Shown: positions 20,232 to 30,300 of the stretch, in pieces
Layout: every line of letters begins with the position of its first letter
Position numbering within the stretch: position 1 is the stretch's first letter
Assembly: GCA_965204725.1 (NCBI GenBank)
Contig: OZ242005.1
Span: 4,384,001 to 4,448,000, forward strand
Source of the DNA: Candidatus Latescibacterota bacterium
Lineage (GTDB): Bacteria > Latescibacterota > UBA2968 > UBA8231
Length of the DNA: 64,000 nucleotides
Direction: 5' to 3'
Position numbers and translations under genes: made by a program
The notes under the pieces: generated by a model
What the model was told of the DNA's origin: nothing
The model's database searches: none
The model's input: the letters and a program-made list of their open reading frames with translations, nothing else

Positions 20232-21071
20232 TTAGGTCAGTCCCCATATCCGGGCGGCCGTACCCCCTAGCATCTGATCCTTTTCCCGCTGGCTGAGAAA
20301 GTCGAAACCCTCTCGCACTAGGCGCAACTCCTCGGCCAAGGTCGGCCAGTTGTGCTTGGCGCGATGATGCCCCGGATAACCAGTGCCCCACAGCATGCGC
20401 TCGGCCCCAAAGGCGCGGTGCAGACGCTGGATAAAAGGATGCACGTCGGAATAGGGGAAATTTTTCCGCGAACGGCCGTGGACATCCGAGATTTTCACGG
20501 CCACGTTGTCGAAGCCAGCCAGATCGACGACGGGCTGAAAAGCCTCGGGCGGCTCGTCGAGATTGGGATAGCCCAGATGGTCCAACAGCAGGGGCATCTG
20601 CGGGTGGCGGCGGGCGATTTCAGCTACTTGGTCGGCGCAAGCGGCATTGAAATGGAACTGGATAACAGCACCCATTGCGCTGAGGGCCTCCCATAGGGGA
20701 CGATTTTGGGGCGTGGTCAGGACTTTCTCGTCCGGGTAGTACATGGGATGAAAGCGAAAACCGACCAAGCCGCGTTCTTCCATCCAGTAGCGGGCCTGAT
20801 CGGCGTTGGCCGCATTTTGCGGGTCGAGCATGCCGTGGCCGATAAAGCGGTCGGGAAAACGGGCCTGCGAATCGGCGATATAGCCGTTGTCCCAAGTGGA
20901 CCAACTCGTCTGCACGAGGACGCTGCGGTCAACGCCGTTTTGGTCCATGTCCTCAATTAGCTCATCGGCGGTGGCAGGTTCGTCCGGTTTGGAGGTCCAA
21001 TTCGGAGCGGTGGGGCCGACGGGATACTTTTCGGACATTTCCCATATATGTACGTGGGTATCGACGATCAT
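20232..21071 (-). CDS. Amidohydrolase_2-family metallohydrolase
   Basis: VDTHVHIW, LLDHLG, MLWGTGYP. Confidence 0.85.
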   Translation of the reverse strand: MIVDTHVHIWEMSEKYPVGPTAPNWTSKPDEPATADELIEDMDQNGVDRSVLVQTSWSTWDNGYIADSQARFPDRFIGHGMLDPQNAANADQARYWMEERGLVGFRFHPMYYPDEKVLTTPQNRPLWEALSAMGAVIQFHFNAACADQVAEIARRHPQMPLLLDHLGYPNLDEPPEAFQPVVDLAGFDNVAVKISDVHGRSRKNFPYSDVHPFIQRLHRAFGAERMLWGTGYPGHHRAKHNWPTLAEELRLVREGFDFLSQREKDQMLGGTAARIWGLT

Positions 21072-21083
21072 GGACGGTTCCTT

Positions 21084-21650
21084 TCATCTAACCATAGCGG
21101 CGAAATAGCGATGTAGGCTCAAGTCGCTAGTCAGTTCGGGATGGAACGAGGCGACGAGCACTTGGCCTTGGCGCACTGCAACTGCGTCGTCGCCGCACCT
21201 CGCCAGCACTTTGACCCCGTCGCCCAGCCGTGCGATGCGAGGGGCGCGGATAAAGATCATCGGCAAGGGGCGCGGTTGCCCATCCGCCGCCCAAACGCCC
21301 GTCCCCTCAAAGCTATCGACTTGGCGGCCATAGCTGTTGCGCTCGACGTCAATGTCGATTAGGCCAAAGGACTGCTGCGGTGGGTTGGAGACGCCTTTGG
21401 CCAGCAGGATCATCCCAGCGCAGGTGCCAAAAATGGGGTTGCCGGCCGCGGCGAAGTCCCTCAGCGGCGTCCAGAAATCCCAAGAGTCCATCAGTTTAAT
21501 GAGCGTCGTGCTCTCGCCGCCGGGGACGATCAGGCCGTCCACCGTGGCCAACTGCGCTGGTTTTTTGATCACGCGGGATGCGACCGCTAATGAGTCGAGC
21601 ATCTTGCCGTGGGCCGCGTAGTCACCCTGTAATCCCAAAATCCCAATCAT
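21084..21650 (-). CDS. pdxT: PLP synthase glutaminase subunit
   Basis: GILGLQGD, PGGESTT, GTCAGMILLA, RNSYGRQVDSFE, FIRAP, SFHPELT. Confidence 0.97.
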   Translation of the reverse strand: MIGILGLQGDYAAHGKMLDSLAVASRVIKKPAQLATVDGLIVPGGESTTLIKLMDSWDFWTPLRDFAAAGNPIFGTCAGMILLAKGVSNPPQQSFGLIDIDVERNSYGRQVDSFEGTGVWAADGQPRPLPMIFIRAPRIARLGDGVKVLARCGDDAVAVRQGQVLVASFHPELTSDLSLHRYFAAMVR

Positions 21651-21664
21651 CGCTTATCAATAAG

Positions 21665-21700
21665 AATGCCCCGTCCCTGATGGAGCAGAGACGGGGCATT
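21665..21700 (-). terminator. Intrinsic-terminator-like hairpin between pdxS and pdxT
   Basis: AATGCCCCGTC pairs with GACGGGGCATT; T-rich tails on both strands. Confidence 0.6.
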
Positions 21701-21723
21701 TTCCGTTGGTCTCTGGCGGCGTC

Positions 21724-22626
21724 CTACCAGCCGCGGGTTTGTAGTTTGTCCTTCTCTTCGAGGGTGTCGATGTTGATGCCGACCATGGCCTCGCCGAGGT
21801 TTTCCGAGACGCGAATCAAGACCTCTGGGTCGTCGTAGTGAGTGGTGGCCTCGACGATGGCTTTGGCGCGGTTGGCCGGGTCGCCGGACTTAAATATGCC
21901 AGAGCCGACGAAAATGGCCTCTGCGCCGAGCTGCATCATCAGGGAGGCATCGGCTGGAGTGGCGACGCCCCCGGCGGCAAAGTTGGGCACTGGCAGCTTG
22001 CCGTGCTCGGCGACCCAGCGGACCAATTCATAAGGCGCGCCCAGTTCCTTGGCCGCTGTCATTAGCTGCTCGGGACGCAGGACTGTCAGCCGGCGGATCT
22101 CGTCGGTAACTGAGCGTATGTGGCGCACGGCCTCGACGATGTTGCCCGAGCCGGCCTCGCCCTTGGTGCGGATCATGGCCGCGCCCTCGCCAATCCGCCG
22201 CAGGGCTTCGCCGAGGTTGCGGCAGCCGCAGACGAAAGGCACCTCAAAGGCGAACTTATCGACGTGATAGTGCTCGTCGGCGGGCGTCAGGACCTCGCTT
22301 TCGTCGATGTAGTCGATCCCGAGAGCTTGGAGCATCTGCGCTTCGGCAAAGTGCCCAATGCGGCATTTGGCCATGACCGGAATGGAGACCGCGTCCATGA
22401 TCTGGCGCAGCTTCTCAATGCTCGACATGCGCGACACGCCGCCTTCAGCGCGGATGTCGGCGGGCACTCTTTCCAGCGCCATGACCGAGGCGGCCCCAGC
22501 GTCTTCGGCGATCTTGGCATGATCGGCGGTGACGACGTCCATGATGACCCCGCCCTTGAGCATTTCGGCGAGGCCGGTCTTGAGGCGCAGGGTGCCAGTC
22601 TGTCCATTGGTAGGCATTTCGTTCAT
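21724..22626 (-). CDS. pdxS: PLP synthase lyase subunit
   Basis: [48 protein letters not shown]; AAGGAG RBS before ATG 22626. Confidence 0.98.
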   Translation of the reverse strand: MNEMPTNGQTGTLRLKTGLAEMLKGGVIMDVVTADHAKIAEDAGAASVMALERVPADIRAEGGVSRMSSIEKLRQIMDAVSIPVMAKCRIGHFAEAQMLQALGIDYIDESEVLTPADEHYHVDKFAFEVPFVCGCRNLGEALRRIGEGAAMIRTKGEAGSGNIVEAVRHIRSVTDEIRRLTVLRPEQLMTAAKELGAPYELVRWVAEHGKLPVPNFAAGGVATPADASLMMQLGAEAIFVGSGIFKSGDPANRAKAIVEATTHYDDPEVLIRVSENLGEAMVGINIDTLEEKDKLQTRGW

Positions 22627-22704
22627 AGCACAATCTCCTTTAGAGCAGTTCCTTAAAAACATATTCCAAAACAGCCCCTCACGCAATTTTCGCCCAAGGC
22701 AGAA

Positions 22705-24144
22705 TCAGGCCCCGCGCAGGCTCTCCCAATAGGTGCGGCACAGGTCGCGGGCGAAGAGCAAGAGGGCGGCGGCGGTCGCTGCACTGGCAAGGACCGCGCC
22801 GGAGACGAGGACGGCGAGCGGCGACGCCGGCAGCAGGGGGCGGGCCAACAGGAGCACGGCGAACACAAAGGCAACGACTAAACAGGGGCGGCTGAGCGCG
22901 GCGAGATAGGTTGTAAAAGGCAGGTCGATCAAGCGGTTGACGAGATACTGCGAGAGCAGCAAGAACAGCAAGGCCGCCGCGGCGATGACGCTGGCCACGC
23001 CTTCGACGCCGTGCGGCAGGCCATAGAAGTACAGGGCCGGGATCAGCAATCCCATGCTAAAGAGCGACCAATAGAAAGACCAGTTGGCCTTGCCTTTGGC
23101 CATAAAAATCGAGCCAGCCAAGGAGCCGGCTACCTTCAAAAGCGTGGCCACGGCCAACAGACGAAGCACCATCCACATCGGCTCGGTGTTGACCAAGGCG
23201 GCAATCTCCGGCGCAAAGACGAATATCCCCGCGAGGGCTGGACCTAGCGCGAGCACAAAGCCCTGTACCGAGGCCAAATAGCCCCGACGCAGGAGCGAGT
23301 CGTCTTCTACAATCGTCGAAAAGGTCGGGAAGGAGACGCGCTGGATGGTCGTAGCCAGCCGGGTCAGGGGTTGCAAGGTCAACCGTTCGGCCAAGCTGTA
23401 GTAGGCTTGGGCCGTCGCTCCGAGCGGTTTGTAGATGAATAGATACGCGATCTTGACATTGAGCAGGGTCACCACGCGCGAACCCGTAAAGTTCAGGGCA
23501 AAGCCCAGAAGCTGGCGCAGTGCTTGGGGCCGGAAGCGCAGGCGCGGAAGCCAGCGAGCCGAAAGCGCGAGGCTGCTGAAAAGACCTAGTTCGCGCACGA
23601 CCGCACCGAGGCCCGGGATCAAGACGCCCAATTCGGGCCGCCAGCAAAGCAGCACCGTCACTGCGAGGGCAAAGGTCACAACCGAAACGAGCTCAGAAAG
23701 GGCCACGGCGCGGAAGTCGAGGGTGCGCTGTAATCTGGCCCGCAGCAGGCCCGCCAATGAGGCGAAGGGGACCGTCAGGCAGAGCGTGCGTAGGACGCGG
23801 CCGAATGTGTGCGGGTCTTCGCCCCCTAAAAAAGGAGCCAGCCAAGGGATGGCGGCGACGACCGCGGCGGTGAGCAGCAGCCCCCAACTCAAACAAGTCC
23901 AGAAGGCCGCGTCGAAGTGTTCCTCGCCCGCGTCCGGTAGCTGGACCAAGGCCGCGCCCAGCCCTAAGTCGCCGACCAATGATAGGAGCATCACCAGCAC
24001 CAGTGCCCACTCAAAATGGCCCAAATCGTCGAGCGGCAAGAGCTTGTAGAGCACCAGCATGACGCCGAGTTGGATGGCGGAGGCGCTGCCATTCCAGAGG
24101 AAACCGCGCAGGGCGCGCGTGGCTAGGGAGAGCGAGGCACTCAC
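22705..24144 (-). CDS. Wzx/PST-family oligosaccharide flippase
   Basis: GDLGLGAALVQ, LQRTLDFRAV, RVSFPTFS; 12-14 hydrophobic segments. Confidence 0.8.
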   Translation of the reverse strand: MSASLSLATRALRGFLWNGSASAIQLGVMLVLYKLLPLDDLGHFEWALVLVMLLSLVGDLGLGAALVQLPDAGEEHFDAAFWTCLSWGLLLTAAVVAAIPWLAPFLGGEDPHTFGRVLRTLCLTVPFASLAGLLRARLQRTLDFRAVALSELVSVVTFALAVTVLLCWRPELGVLIPGLGAVVRELGLFSSLALSARWLPRLRFRPQALRQLLGFALNFTGSRVVTLLNVKIAYLFIYKPLGATAQAYYSLAERLTLQPLTRLATTIQRVSFPTFSTIVEDDSLLRRGYLASVQGFVLALGPALAGIFVFAPEIAALVNTEPMWMVLRLLAVATLLKVAGSLAGSIFMAKGKANWSFYWSLFSMGLLIPALYFYGLPHGVEGVASVIAAAALLFLLLSQYLVNRLIDLPFTTYLAALSRPCLVVAFVFAVLLLARPLLPASPLAVLVSGAVLASAATAAALLLFARDLCRTYWESLRGA

Positions 24145-24162
24145 AGGCGAGGAGGCGTCACG

Positions 24163-26049
24163 TCACGACGCTTCGATATATGCTTTGGCGATGCGGCCCT
24201 TCTTGCCGAAGACATTGACCGCCCGCGCTTCGAGCCGGTTTTCGCCCGCCGCGAGCGTCCACTCAAAGCGGGCCTCGCGCTCCTCGCGCCACGGGCCGCC
24301 GTCCTGTCGCACCAAGAAGTGCGAGAAGTTGGGCGCGGTATGCTCTAGATCGACTTGCAGCGTACGCGCCTTTTCCGTCACCTGTACATAGAGCCGCGTC
24401 TGGTTGACCGACCAGTAGAAGTCGCCGGGACGAGAGGTCTGTACGGAGTATTCGGCGTAGCGGGGATCGACGTCGTCCGACCACCAGAGATAGCCATCCC
24501 AGTGGTACTGCCCAGCACCGTGGCGCAGTTCGGCCGGCTCGGCGAAGATCAGGTGCGTGTTGCGCAGCGGAATGCCGAAGCGGCAGAAGACATCGATGTA
24601 GCTGGTCATGGGTTCGATGACCTTTTGCGGCAGCTTGTTGGCCATGATCTGTTCGCGCCGCTCGTCCGCCGCGGCCTCGTGTAGTTCCAAGGCGTTGATG
24701 GGCACTCCGTCCATTTCGTAGGTGGCGTCGAATTCGCGCGTCGGCCCGGCGTCTTCGAGGATCCACTTTTGCAATGCTTCGCACCAGACCTCGGCCAAGC
24801 AGTGGTGATCGACAATGACCGAGCGGGCCACCCATCCTAAGGCCGAGGCGCAGCCGGCGAACACCGCTCCGTAGTGGGTACACATGCCAAAGCCCCAGTC
24901 GCCCTTAGTGGTGTCGAGGACCTCTAGGGGGTTCCAAGAGGGGCAATGGGGATATTTGTCGGATTGCCAGCCCAGCCACTGGCTGTGGACCCAGTCGCGC
25001 AACAGGGCTAGCTGGTCGAGTTCGGTTTTGCCCGCGGCGATGACCTCGTCGAGGCGGTACTGCTTGCGCAGCCGCTCTTGGTGCGGGTGCAGCCCCATAT
25101 AGGAGAAGGGGTACGAGCTATGCACGAGCTGGGGTTGGTCGAATTCTGCTCGCTTGAAGGGCGCGAGACTTTGGGCGTCCTCCTCAACATCGGCTTCGAG
25201 GGTGACCGCTTGGAGCGTCGGGGTCTTGTTGGCCGAATCGGTTGCGAGGATGGCGCGCCACTGCACAAAGCGCCCGGGCCACTGCAAGGCAGTGCAGCGT
25301 TCCCAAGCCGTCCAAGTGCGCGGATCAAAGGAAGGCGTCGAACCCGTGCGTAGCTCAAAGTGTATCTGGGTATCCTGCGGCTGGCGCGTCCGCGCTTTCA
25401 GATGCAGGCGGCGAATGCCCATCCTCGGGGCGATGCGACCGCGGCCGTCTTCGTCGGCTAGGTCGAAAACCGGCGAGCAGAGCGTCCCCCGCGGAGGGTG
25501 TCCCTTGATGCGTAGCCGCACTAGGTATTCGCCGTCCATGGCGCGGGCTTCGCCCAAGGTGCCTTGGTGCCAAGTCTTGCCGCCGTCAAAGCTGCGGCTT
25601 GAACGGCTTGGAGGGGTGTCGGCCAGACCGCCGGGGGAGGGGTCGATGTGCAACACGCCGCTGTGCGAGAAGACGAATTCGTTGGTGCCATTTTTGAGGT
25701 ATTTGGCGGCGATTTTCTTGCGGTCCCAACCGCCGGTGAGCATGCGCTCGCGGTCTTGGCGGTGCGTGAGGACGTGGCCGTTGACTTGGAGCCGCATGGG
25801 TTTGTCGGCGGTGGTCTGGTCGGCGTTGACGTAAAAGAGCAATTCGGCCCCTTTGGTCTTGGCCGAGGGAATGTCGAACTCGACTTTTGCACAGGAGGCG
25901 GGCGTAAGTTCTTCGCAGACATCGCCATCAACCCCCATCTCATTGGTCAGCAGATAGGTGGGGGCGAGGCGGGCAGCAGGGGTGGTTTGGGCGTCGATGA
26001 AGCGGTCGCGGCGATAGTCGCGGAAGTCGGTGGTGGCGATGCGTTTCAT
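24163..26049 (-). CDS. Transglutaminase-like domain protein
   Basis: Putative triad GMCTHYG (Cys), DHHCLAEVW (His), KWILEDA (Asp); beta-rich N-terminal region. Confidence 0.6.
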   Translation of the reverse strand: MKRIATTDFRDYRRDRFIDAQTTPAARLAPTYLLTNEMGVDGDVCEELTPASCAKVEFDIPSAKTKGAELLFYVNADQTTADKPMRLQVNGHVLTHRQDRERMLTGGWDRKKIAAKYLKNGTNEFVFSHSGVLHIDPSPGGLADTPPSRSSRSFDGGKTWHQGTLGEARAMDGEYLVRLRIKGHPPRGTLCSPVFDLADEDGRGRIAPRMGIRRLHLKARTRQPQDTQIHFELRTGSTPSFDPRTWTAWERCTALQWPGRFVQWRAILATDSANKTPTLQAVTLEADVEEDAQSLAPFKRAEFDQPQLVHSSYPFSYMGLHPHQERLRKQYRLDEVIAAGKTELDQLALLRDWVHSQWLGWQSDKYPHCPSWNPLEVLDTTKGDWGFGMCTHYGAVFAGCASALGWVARSVIVDHHCLAEVWCEALQKWILEDAGPTREFDATYEMDGVPINALELHEAAADERREQIMANKLPQKVIEPMTSYIDVFCRFGIPLRNTHLIFAEPAELRHGAGQYHWDGYLWWSDDVDPRYAEYSVQTSRPGDFYWSVNQTRLYVQVTEKARTLQVDLEHTAPNFSHFLVRQDGGPWREEREARFEWTLAAGENRLEARAVNVFGKKGRIAKAYIEAS

Positions 26050-26165
26050 GGTAAGCTCCTGAGTGGGGGACGATGCGAGGGAATGTATGCGAGGATACAG
26101 GATGGAGCAATGGAGGTGCCGGATAGTACAATTGCTTTTATGCCGAATTAGGTATATTAAATTGT

Positions 26166-26498
26166 ATGTTAAACAAGTCTATTTCTTGGATCGCGTCTTC
26201 AAGAGAGGACCTACGCGACTTCCCCGCATCGGCTCGCCGCAAAGCGGGTTTTGAGCTACAAGCCTTACAGCGGGGAGAAACGCCGACCGATTGTAAACCC
26301 ATGCCCTCAATCGGCCCAGGCGTCATGGAGATTCGCATCAATATAGGCAATGCTTATCGCGTCTTTTACGTGACCAAATTTGCAGAAGGTATCTACGTCT
26401 TGCATGCTTTTCAAAAAAAATCGCAACGCACATCAAAGCAAGATATTCAACTTGGCCAGCAACGATACCGGATGCTGCTAAAACACAGGCAAGGATGA
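26166..26498 (+). CDS. RelE/ParE-superfamily toxin (Gp49/HigB-like)
   Basis: WIASSREDLRDFP, KPMPSIGPGVMEIRI, YRVFYV, VLHAFQKKSQRT. Confidence 0.9.
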   Translation: MLNKSISWIASSREDLRDFPASARRKAGFELQALQRGETPTDCKPMPSIGPGVMEIRINIGNAYRVFYVTKFAEGIYVLHAFQKKSQRTSKQDIQLGQQRYRMLLKHRQG

Positions 26499-26513
26499 TA
26501 AGGAGACTATGCT

Positions 26514-26801
26514 ATGGAAGTGACCCAAGGCCGCGATAACGTATTTGAGGATATTGGTTTTGAGCGGGAAGAAGCGGCGAGCTTAAAAGTCCGGGCTGAT
26601 TTAATGCTCGACCTGAGAAAGTACATCGAAACCAGAGGGTGGACCCAACGTCAAGCCGCGGCATTTTTTGGCGAGTCCCAACCGCGCATTAGCAATTTAA
26701 TGCAGGGGGAGATTAGCCGTTTTAGCGTGGATAAGCTGATCAATATGCTGACGCGGGCGGGGATGCAAGTCGAAATTTACGTCAAGCCAAAAGCCGCCTA
26801 A
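26514..26801 (+). CDS. XRE-family HTH antitoxin (HigA-like)
   Basis: NVFEDIGF, WTQRQAAAFFGESQPRISNLMQG, FSVDKL; directly downstream of the toxin. Confidence 0.9.
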   Translation: MEVTQGRDNVFEDIGFEREEAASLKVRADLMLDLRKYIETRGWTQRQAAAFFGESQPRISNLMQGEISRFSVDKLINMLTRAGMQVEIYVKPKAA

Positions 26802-26809
26802 GCGAAAGC

Positions 26810-27580
26810 TCAGGCGAGGAGGCCCTCAACGTATTGGCGGGCGGCAATAGCTGCTGAGAGCGGCTCGTCCCAATCGACCTCCTCAAGCTCGACGACGAGG
26901 GGGCCGTCGTACCCGCTATCCGCTAACAGCTTGAACAACGCCGCGAAGGGCAATTCGCCTTCCCCAAAAGGCACGGGGGTTTCGCCCTGCTGGTCGCGCA
27001 GGTGGACGACGCCGATGCGCCCGGCGAGGGCCTCGGCAAAAGGCATGATCGGCTCGCCGACCGAGAGCAGGTGACCGGTGTCTAAGAGCACCCGCGCCCG
27101 CTCGGGCAGCTTGGGCATCACCGCTTGGTAGTCGGCCAGTCCTTGGAGGCGGTTGCCTCGGTGGTTGCCCAAGTTGAGGGCGATATCCGGGATGTTTTCG
27201 AGCAGCGTGTTGACGCCTTCGACGAGGTCGGCGATGGCCTCTCTCGTGCGGGCACCGCTCTTCATATTCATGGTGCGGACCCCAAGGGCGCGGCCCAAGT
27301 GGATGTCCCATTCGAGCTGGCGCAGATTGTAGGCGAGGTTGCGCTCGTCCGAGTCGGCCTTGCGGCCGGTGAGGTTGCGGATATTGAAGCTAGAAAGCAC
27401 TAGGCCGGCTTCGGCGAGCGCGGTGCGGACCATCGGCACAGACCAGTCGCGGTGGACGGGCGTACTCTCGGTGTATGCGCGGAAGAGTTCGACGCGGGAG
27501 AAGCCGGCCGCCTTTGCTAGGTCGAGCATCTCGGGCAAGAGCAGGTCTGGGCAGAGGGTTGGGCTGAAGACGAGATGCAT
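26810..27580 (-). CDS. Sugar phosphate isomerase/epimerase (xylose-isomerase-like TIM barrel)
   Basis: LLDTGH, VHLRD, PFGEGELPF, GYDGPLVVELE. Confidence 0.8.
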   Translation of the reverse strand: MHLVFSPTLCPDLLLPEMLDLAKAAGFSRVELFRAYTESTPVHRDWSVPMVRTALAEAGLVLSSFNIRNLTGRKADSDERNLAYNLRQLEWDIHLGRALGVRTMNMKSGARTREAIADLVEGVNTLLENIPDIALNLGNHRGNRLQGLADYQAVMPKLPERARVLLDTGHLLSVGEPIMPFAEALAGRIGVVHLRDQQGETPVPFGEGELPFAALFKLLADSGYDGPLVVELEEVDWDEPLSAAIAARQYVEGLLA

Positions 27581-28332
27581 TAGCTAATCCCCTCCCAATG
27601 CGCCCATTGGTCGGCGCACGTCTCAAAGCGAATATCGTTGGCGTCTTTGCGCGCAAAGCGGCCGATGAGAGCCATGCGGATATTGCGATTGACATTCTTG
27701 GAGCCGGTGTGGAAGAGCTGACCGTGCCAGAAGATGGCATCGCCGGCTTTGCCGACGAATTCGCGCCCTTGGGGGAAGGTCCCCTCGGGAAATACGTCGC
27801 TGGAAACGCCGCCCTGCACCGACAGCAGCGAGTGCGTCTGGAAGTAGTCGTAGGCCACGTTGTGGCTGCCGGGCCAATAGGTGAAGCAGCCGCCCTGTGA
27901 GTCGATATCCTCGACGTAGATCGTGACGTTGATGGTCATGTAACCGACCGTGCCTTCGGGCACGCCGTTGGTCGGGGTGTAGTAGCCGTCGAGGTGGCCG
28001 CGCTCGGGCAGGGACCAAGCCTTGTCTTTGGCTGGATAAACCAACGCCGGCCCGGCGCTGTTGGGATTGAGCTGGCCCTCGCCGACCATTTCCTCCATCA
28101 TCGCGAAGATCGGCGACTCGTGAACTGCGGCGTGGATGGCCGGGGCATGGGCCGGCACCGGAGTGCGCGGACCTGCTCCGACCCAAGTGGCCGGATCGTC
28201 GCGGTCGGCCTTAATGCCAGTCCAAAGGGCGTCCTGAGCGGCTTGAATTTGCGCGGGCGTGAGAGCACCACGGACGATGAGACAGCCGTTTTCCTTAAAG
28301 GAATCCCGGTCTGCGGAAGTGAGGTGAGGCAT
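27580..28332 (-). CDS. Phytanoyl-CoA dioxygenase (PhyH)-family Fe/2OG enzyme
   Basis: GHLDG (HxD), WPGSH, GDAIFWHGQLFHTGSKN, IRMA. Confidence 0.85.
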   Translation of the reverse strand: MPHLTSADRDSFKENGCLIVRGALTPAQIQAAQDALWTGIKADRDDPATWVGAGPRTPVPAHAPAIHAAVHESPIFAMMEEMVGEGQLNPNSAGPALVYPAKDKAWSLPERGHLDGYYTPTNGVPEGTVGYMTINVTIYVEDIDSQGGCFTYWPGSHNVAYDYFQTHSLLSVQGGVSSDVFPEGTFPQGREFVGKAGDAIFWHGQLFHTGSKNVNRNIRMALIGRFARKDANDIRFETCADQWAHWEGIS

Positions 28333-28397
28333 GGTAGCACCTTTCTAATTGGGTTGTAAAAGCAAATATAGATTCGCACCTGCATACACCCAAGCCC

Positions 28398-29720
28398 CTA
28401 ATCGCCGTAATAGTGCTGCGGCAGCCACAGCGCGATCTGCGGGAACATCATCACCAAGACGATGGCCAAACACATCACCAAGACAAACGGGGCGATAGAC
28501 CTGTAAATGTCCAGCAGACTGATCTCCGGCGGCACCATGGCCCGCATCAGGAACAGGTTGTAGCCGAAAGGCGGCGTCATGTAGGCAACTTGGCAGGTAA
28601 TGGTATAGAGTACGCCGTACCAGATGGGATCAAAGCCGAGCGCGATGATCAGCGGCACATACAGCGGCGCGACGATGACCAGCATTGCGGTGTCGTCCAA
28701 AAACATGCCCATGACCAAGTAGGACACCTGCATCATGATCAGCACGGCCCAAGGGCTCAACAGCCAGCGTTCAATAAACAGCGATTCTATCGCCTTGACC
28801 GCGCCCAGCCCGTCGAACACCGCACCGAAGCACAGAGCCGCCAAGATGATCCACATAAACATACAACTGATGCCCAAGGACTTGTTCAACGTGTCCTCGA
28901 GCACCGGCCGGGTCAGGCGGCGCTTGCCCAGCGCGACGAGGGTGGTGGCGGCAGCACCGACCGCGGAACTTTCGACCAAGCTGGTGACCCCCAGCAGGAA
29001 CAGGCCGGTCATCGCAAAGAAAATCAGCAGCGGCAGAACCCCGGTGCGCAACAACTTCAGTTTTTCCGCCAGCGGGAGCTGCCGTTCCGCTGGCGGCAGC
29101 GGAGGCCCGAGCTTGGGATCGAGCCGACAGCGGGTGGCGATGTACAGGACGAACAGCCCGGCCAGCAACAGGCCGGGAAACACCCCAGCCAACCACAGTT
29201 GCCCGACCGGCTGCCGGGCGATCATGCCGTACAATACCAGCACCACGCTCGGCGGCACGAGAATGCCGAGGGAACTGCCAGCCTGCACTACGCCGGTGAT
29301 CATGACCTTGTCGTAGCCGCGCTTGAGCATCTCCGGCAAGGCGATGCTGGCGCCGATGGCCATGCCGGCCACGCTCAATCCGTTCATCGCCGAGATCACC
29401 ACCATTAGGCCGATGGTGCCGATGGCGAGGCCGCCCCTAAGCGGCCCAAACCAGACGTGAAAGGCGCGGTATAGGTCGCTGGCCAAGCCGGATTCGGACA
29501 GCATGTAGCCCATGTAGATGAACAAAGGCAGGGTCAGCAGCGGATACCAGTTGAACAGCTTGAACGCCGCACTGAATGGGATTTCGACTCCGCCGACGCC
29601 CCACAACAGCAGCGCGAAGGCCGTGGCGACAAAGCCGATGACGCCGAACACGCGCTGGCCGGCGAGCAACATCACCAGCATCGACGAAAACATCAGCAGC
29701 CCGATCAGTTCGTAGCTCAC
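28398..29720 (-). CDS. TRAP transporter large permease (DctM)
   Basis: LLTLPLFIYMG, SLGILVPPS, YMTPPFGYNLF; GTG 29720 overlaps the DctQ stop. Confidence 0.92.
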   Translation of the reverse strand: MSYELIGLLMFSSMLVMLLAGQRVFGVIGFVATAFALLLWGVGGVEIPFSAAFKLFNWYPLLTLPLFIYMGYMLSESGLASDLYRAFHVWFGPLRGGLAIGTIGLMVVISAMNGLSVAGMAIGASIALPEMLKRGYDKVMITGVVQAGSSLGILVPPSVVLVLYGMIARQPVGQLWLAGVFPGLLLAGLFVLYIATRCRLDPKLGPPLPPAERQLPLAEKLKLLRTGVLPLLIFFAMTGLFLLGVTSLVESSAVGAAATTLVALGKRRLTRPVLEDTLNKSLGISCMFMWIILAALCFGAVFDGLGAVKAIESLFIERWLLSPWAVLIMMQVSYLVMGMFLDDTAMLVIVAPLYVPLIIALGFDPIWYGVLYTITCQVAYMTPPFGYNLFLMRAMVPPEISLLDIYRSIAPFVLVMCLAIVLVMMFPQIALWLPQHYYGD

Positions 29721-30229
29721 GGAAGCGGCTTTCCCCGCGCCGCGGCCAAGTCCCTGAAGAAAACGGCGACGATCTGCAACAGCATCAGGGCGATGCCGAC
29801 GGTCATGGCGATCTTGATCGGCGCCATCGGCGGTGCCCAGACCGAGTAGTTCTTCTGGTTGTATTCGAGTGCGTACTGCGTACTGGAGACGCCGCCGTAG
29901 AGCAGCACGACCAAGTAGGCGAGCAGGCCGACAGCGGTAATGCAATCCACCACCGCCTTGGTCTTGGGCGACCAACGAGCGTACAGCAAATCCATCCTGA
30001 CGTGTGAATCGAGCTGGATTGAATAGCCGCCACCGAGCAGGTAGTAGGCAGCCATGGTCATCTGCGCCACTTCTACGGACCAGAGGAGGGGCGCGTCAAA
30101 GAGGGTTCTGGAGAGGGACGAGTACAACAGCACGCCCATTATGACGAACACCAGATACATCGCAAACCGACCGACGATGCCGTTCAGCCGGTCAATCAGG
30201 CGCACGTACCTAACGACGATCCGCGGCAA
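29717..30229 (-). CDS. TRAP transporter small permease (DctQ)
   Basis: Four TM helices, WSVEVAQ, HVRMDLLY. Confidence 0.9.
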   Translation of the reverse strand: MPRIVVRYVRLIDRLNGIVGRFAMYLVFVIMGVLLYSSLSRTLFDAPLLWSVEVAQMTMAAYYLLGGGYSIQLDSHVRMDLLYARWSPKTKAVVDCITAVGLLAYLVVLLYGGVSSTQYALEYNQKNYSVWAPPMAPIKIAMTVGIALMLLQIVAVFFRDLAAARGKPLP

Positions 30230-30300
30230 AATTCTTCAGGCTAGCCGGGAACTCGTGCCCAAGGCTGGGTCGTTTTGGCTGGCAAGGCGGTGCTTAGGAG

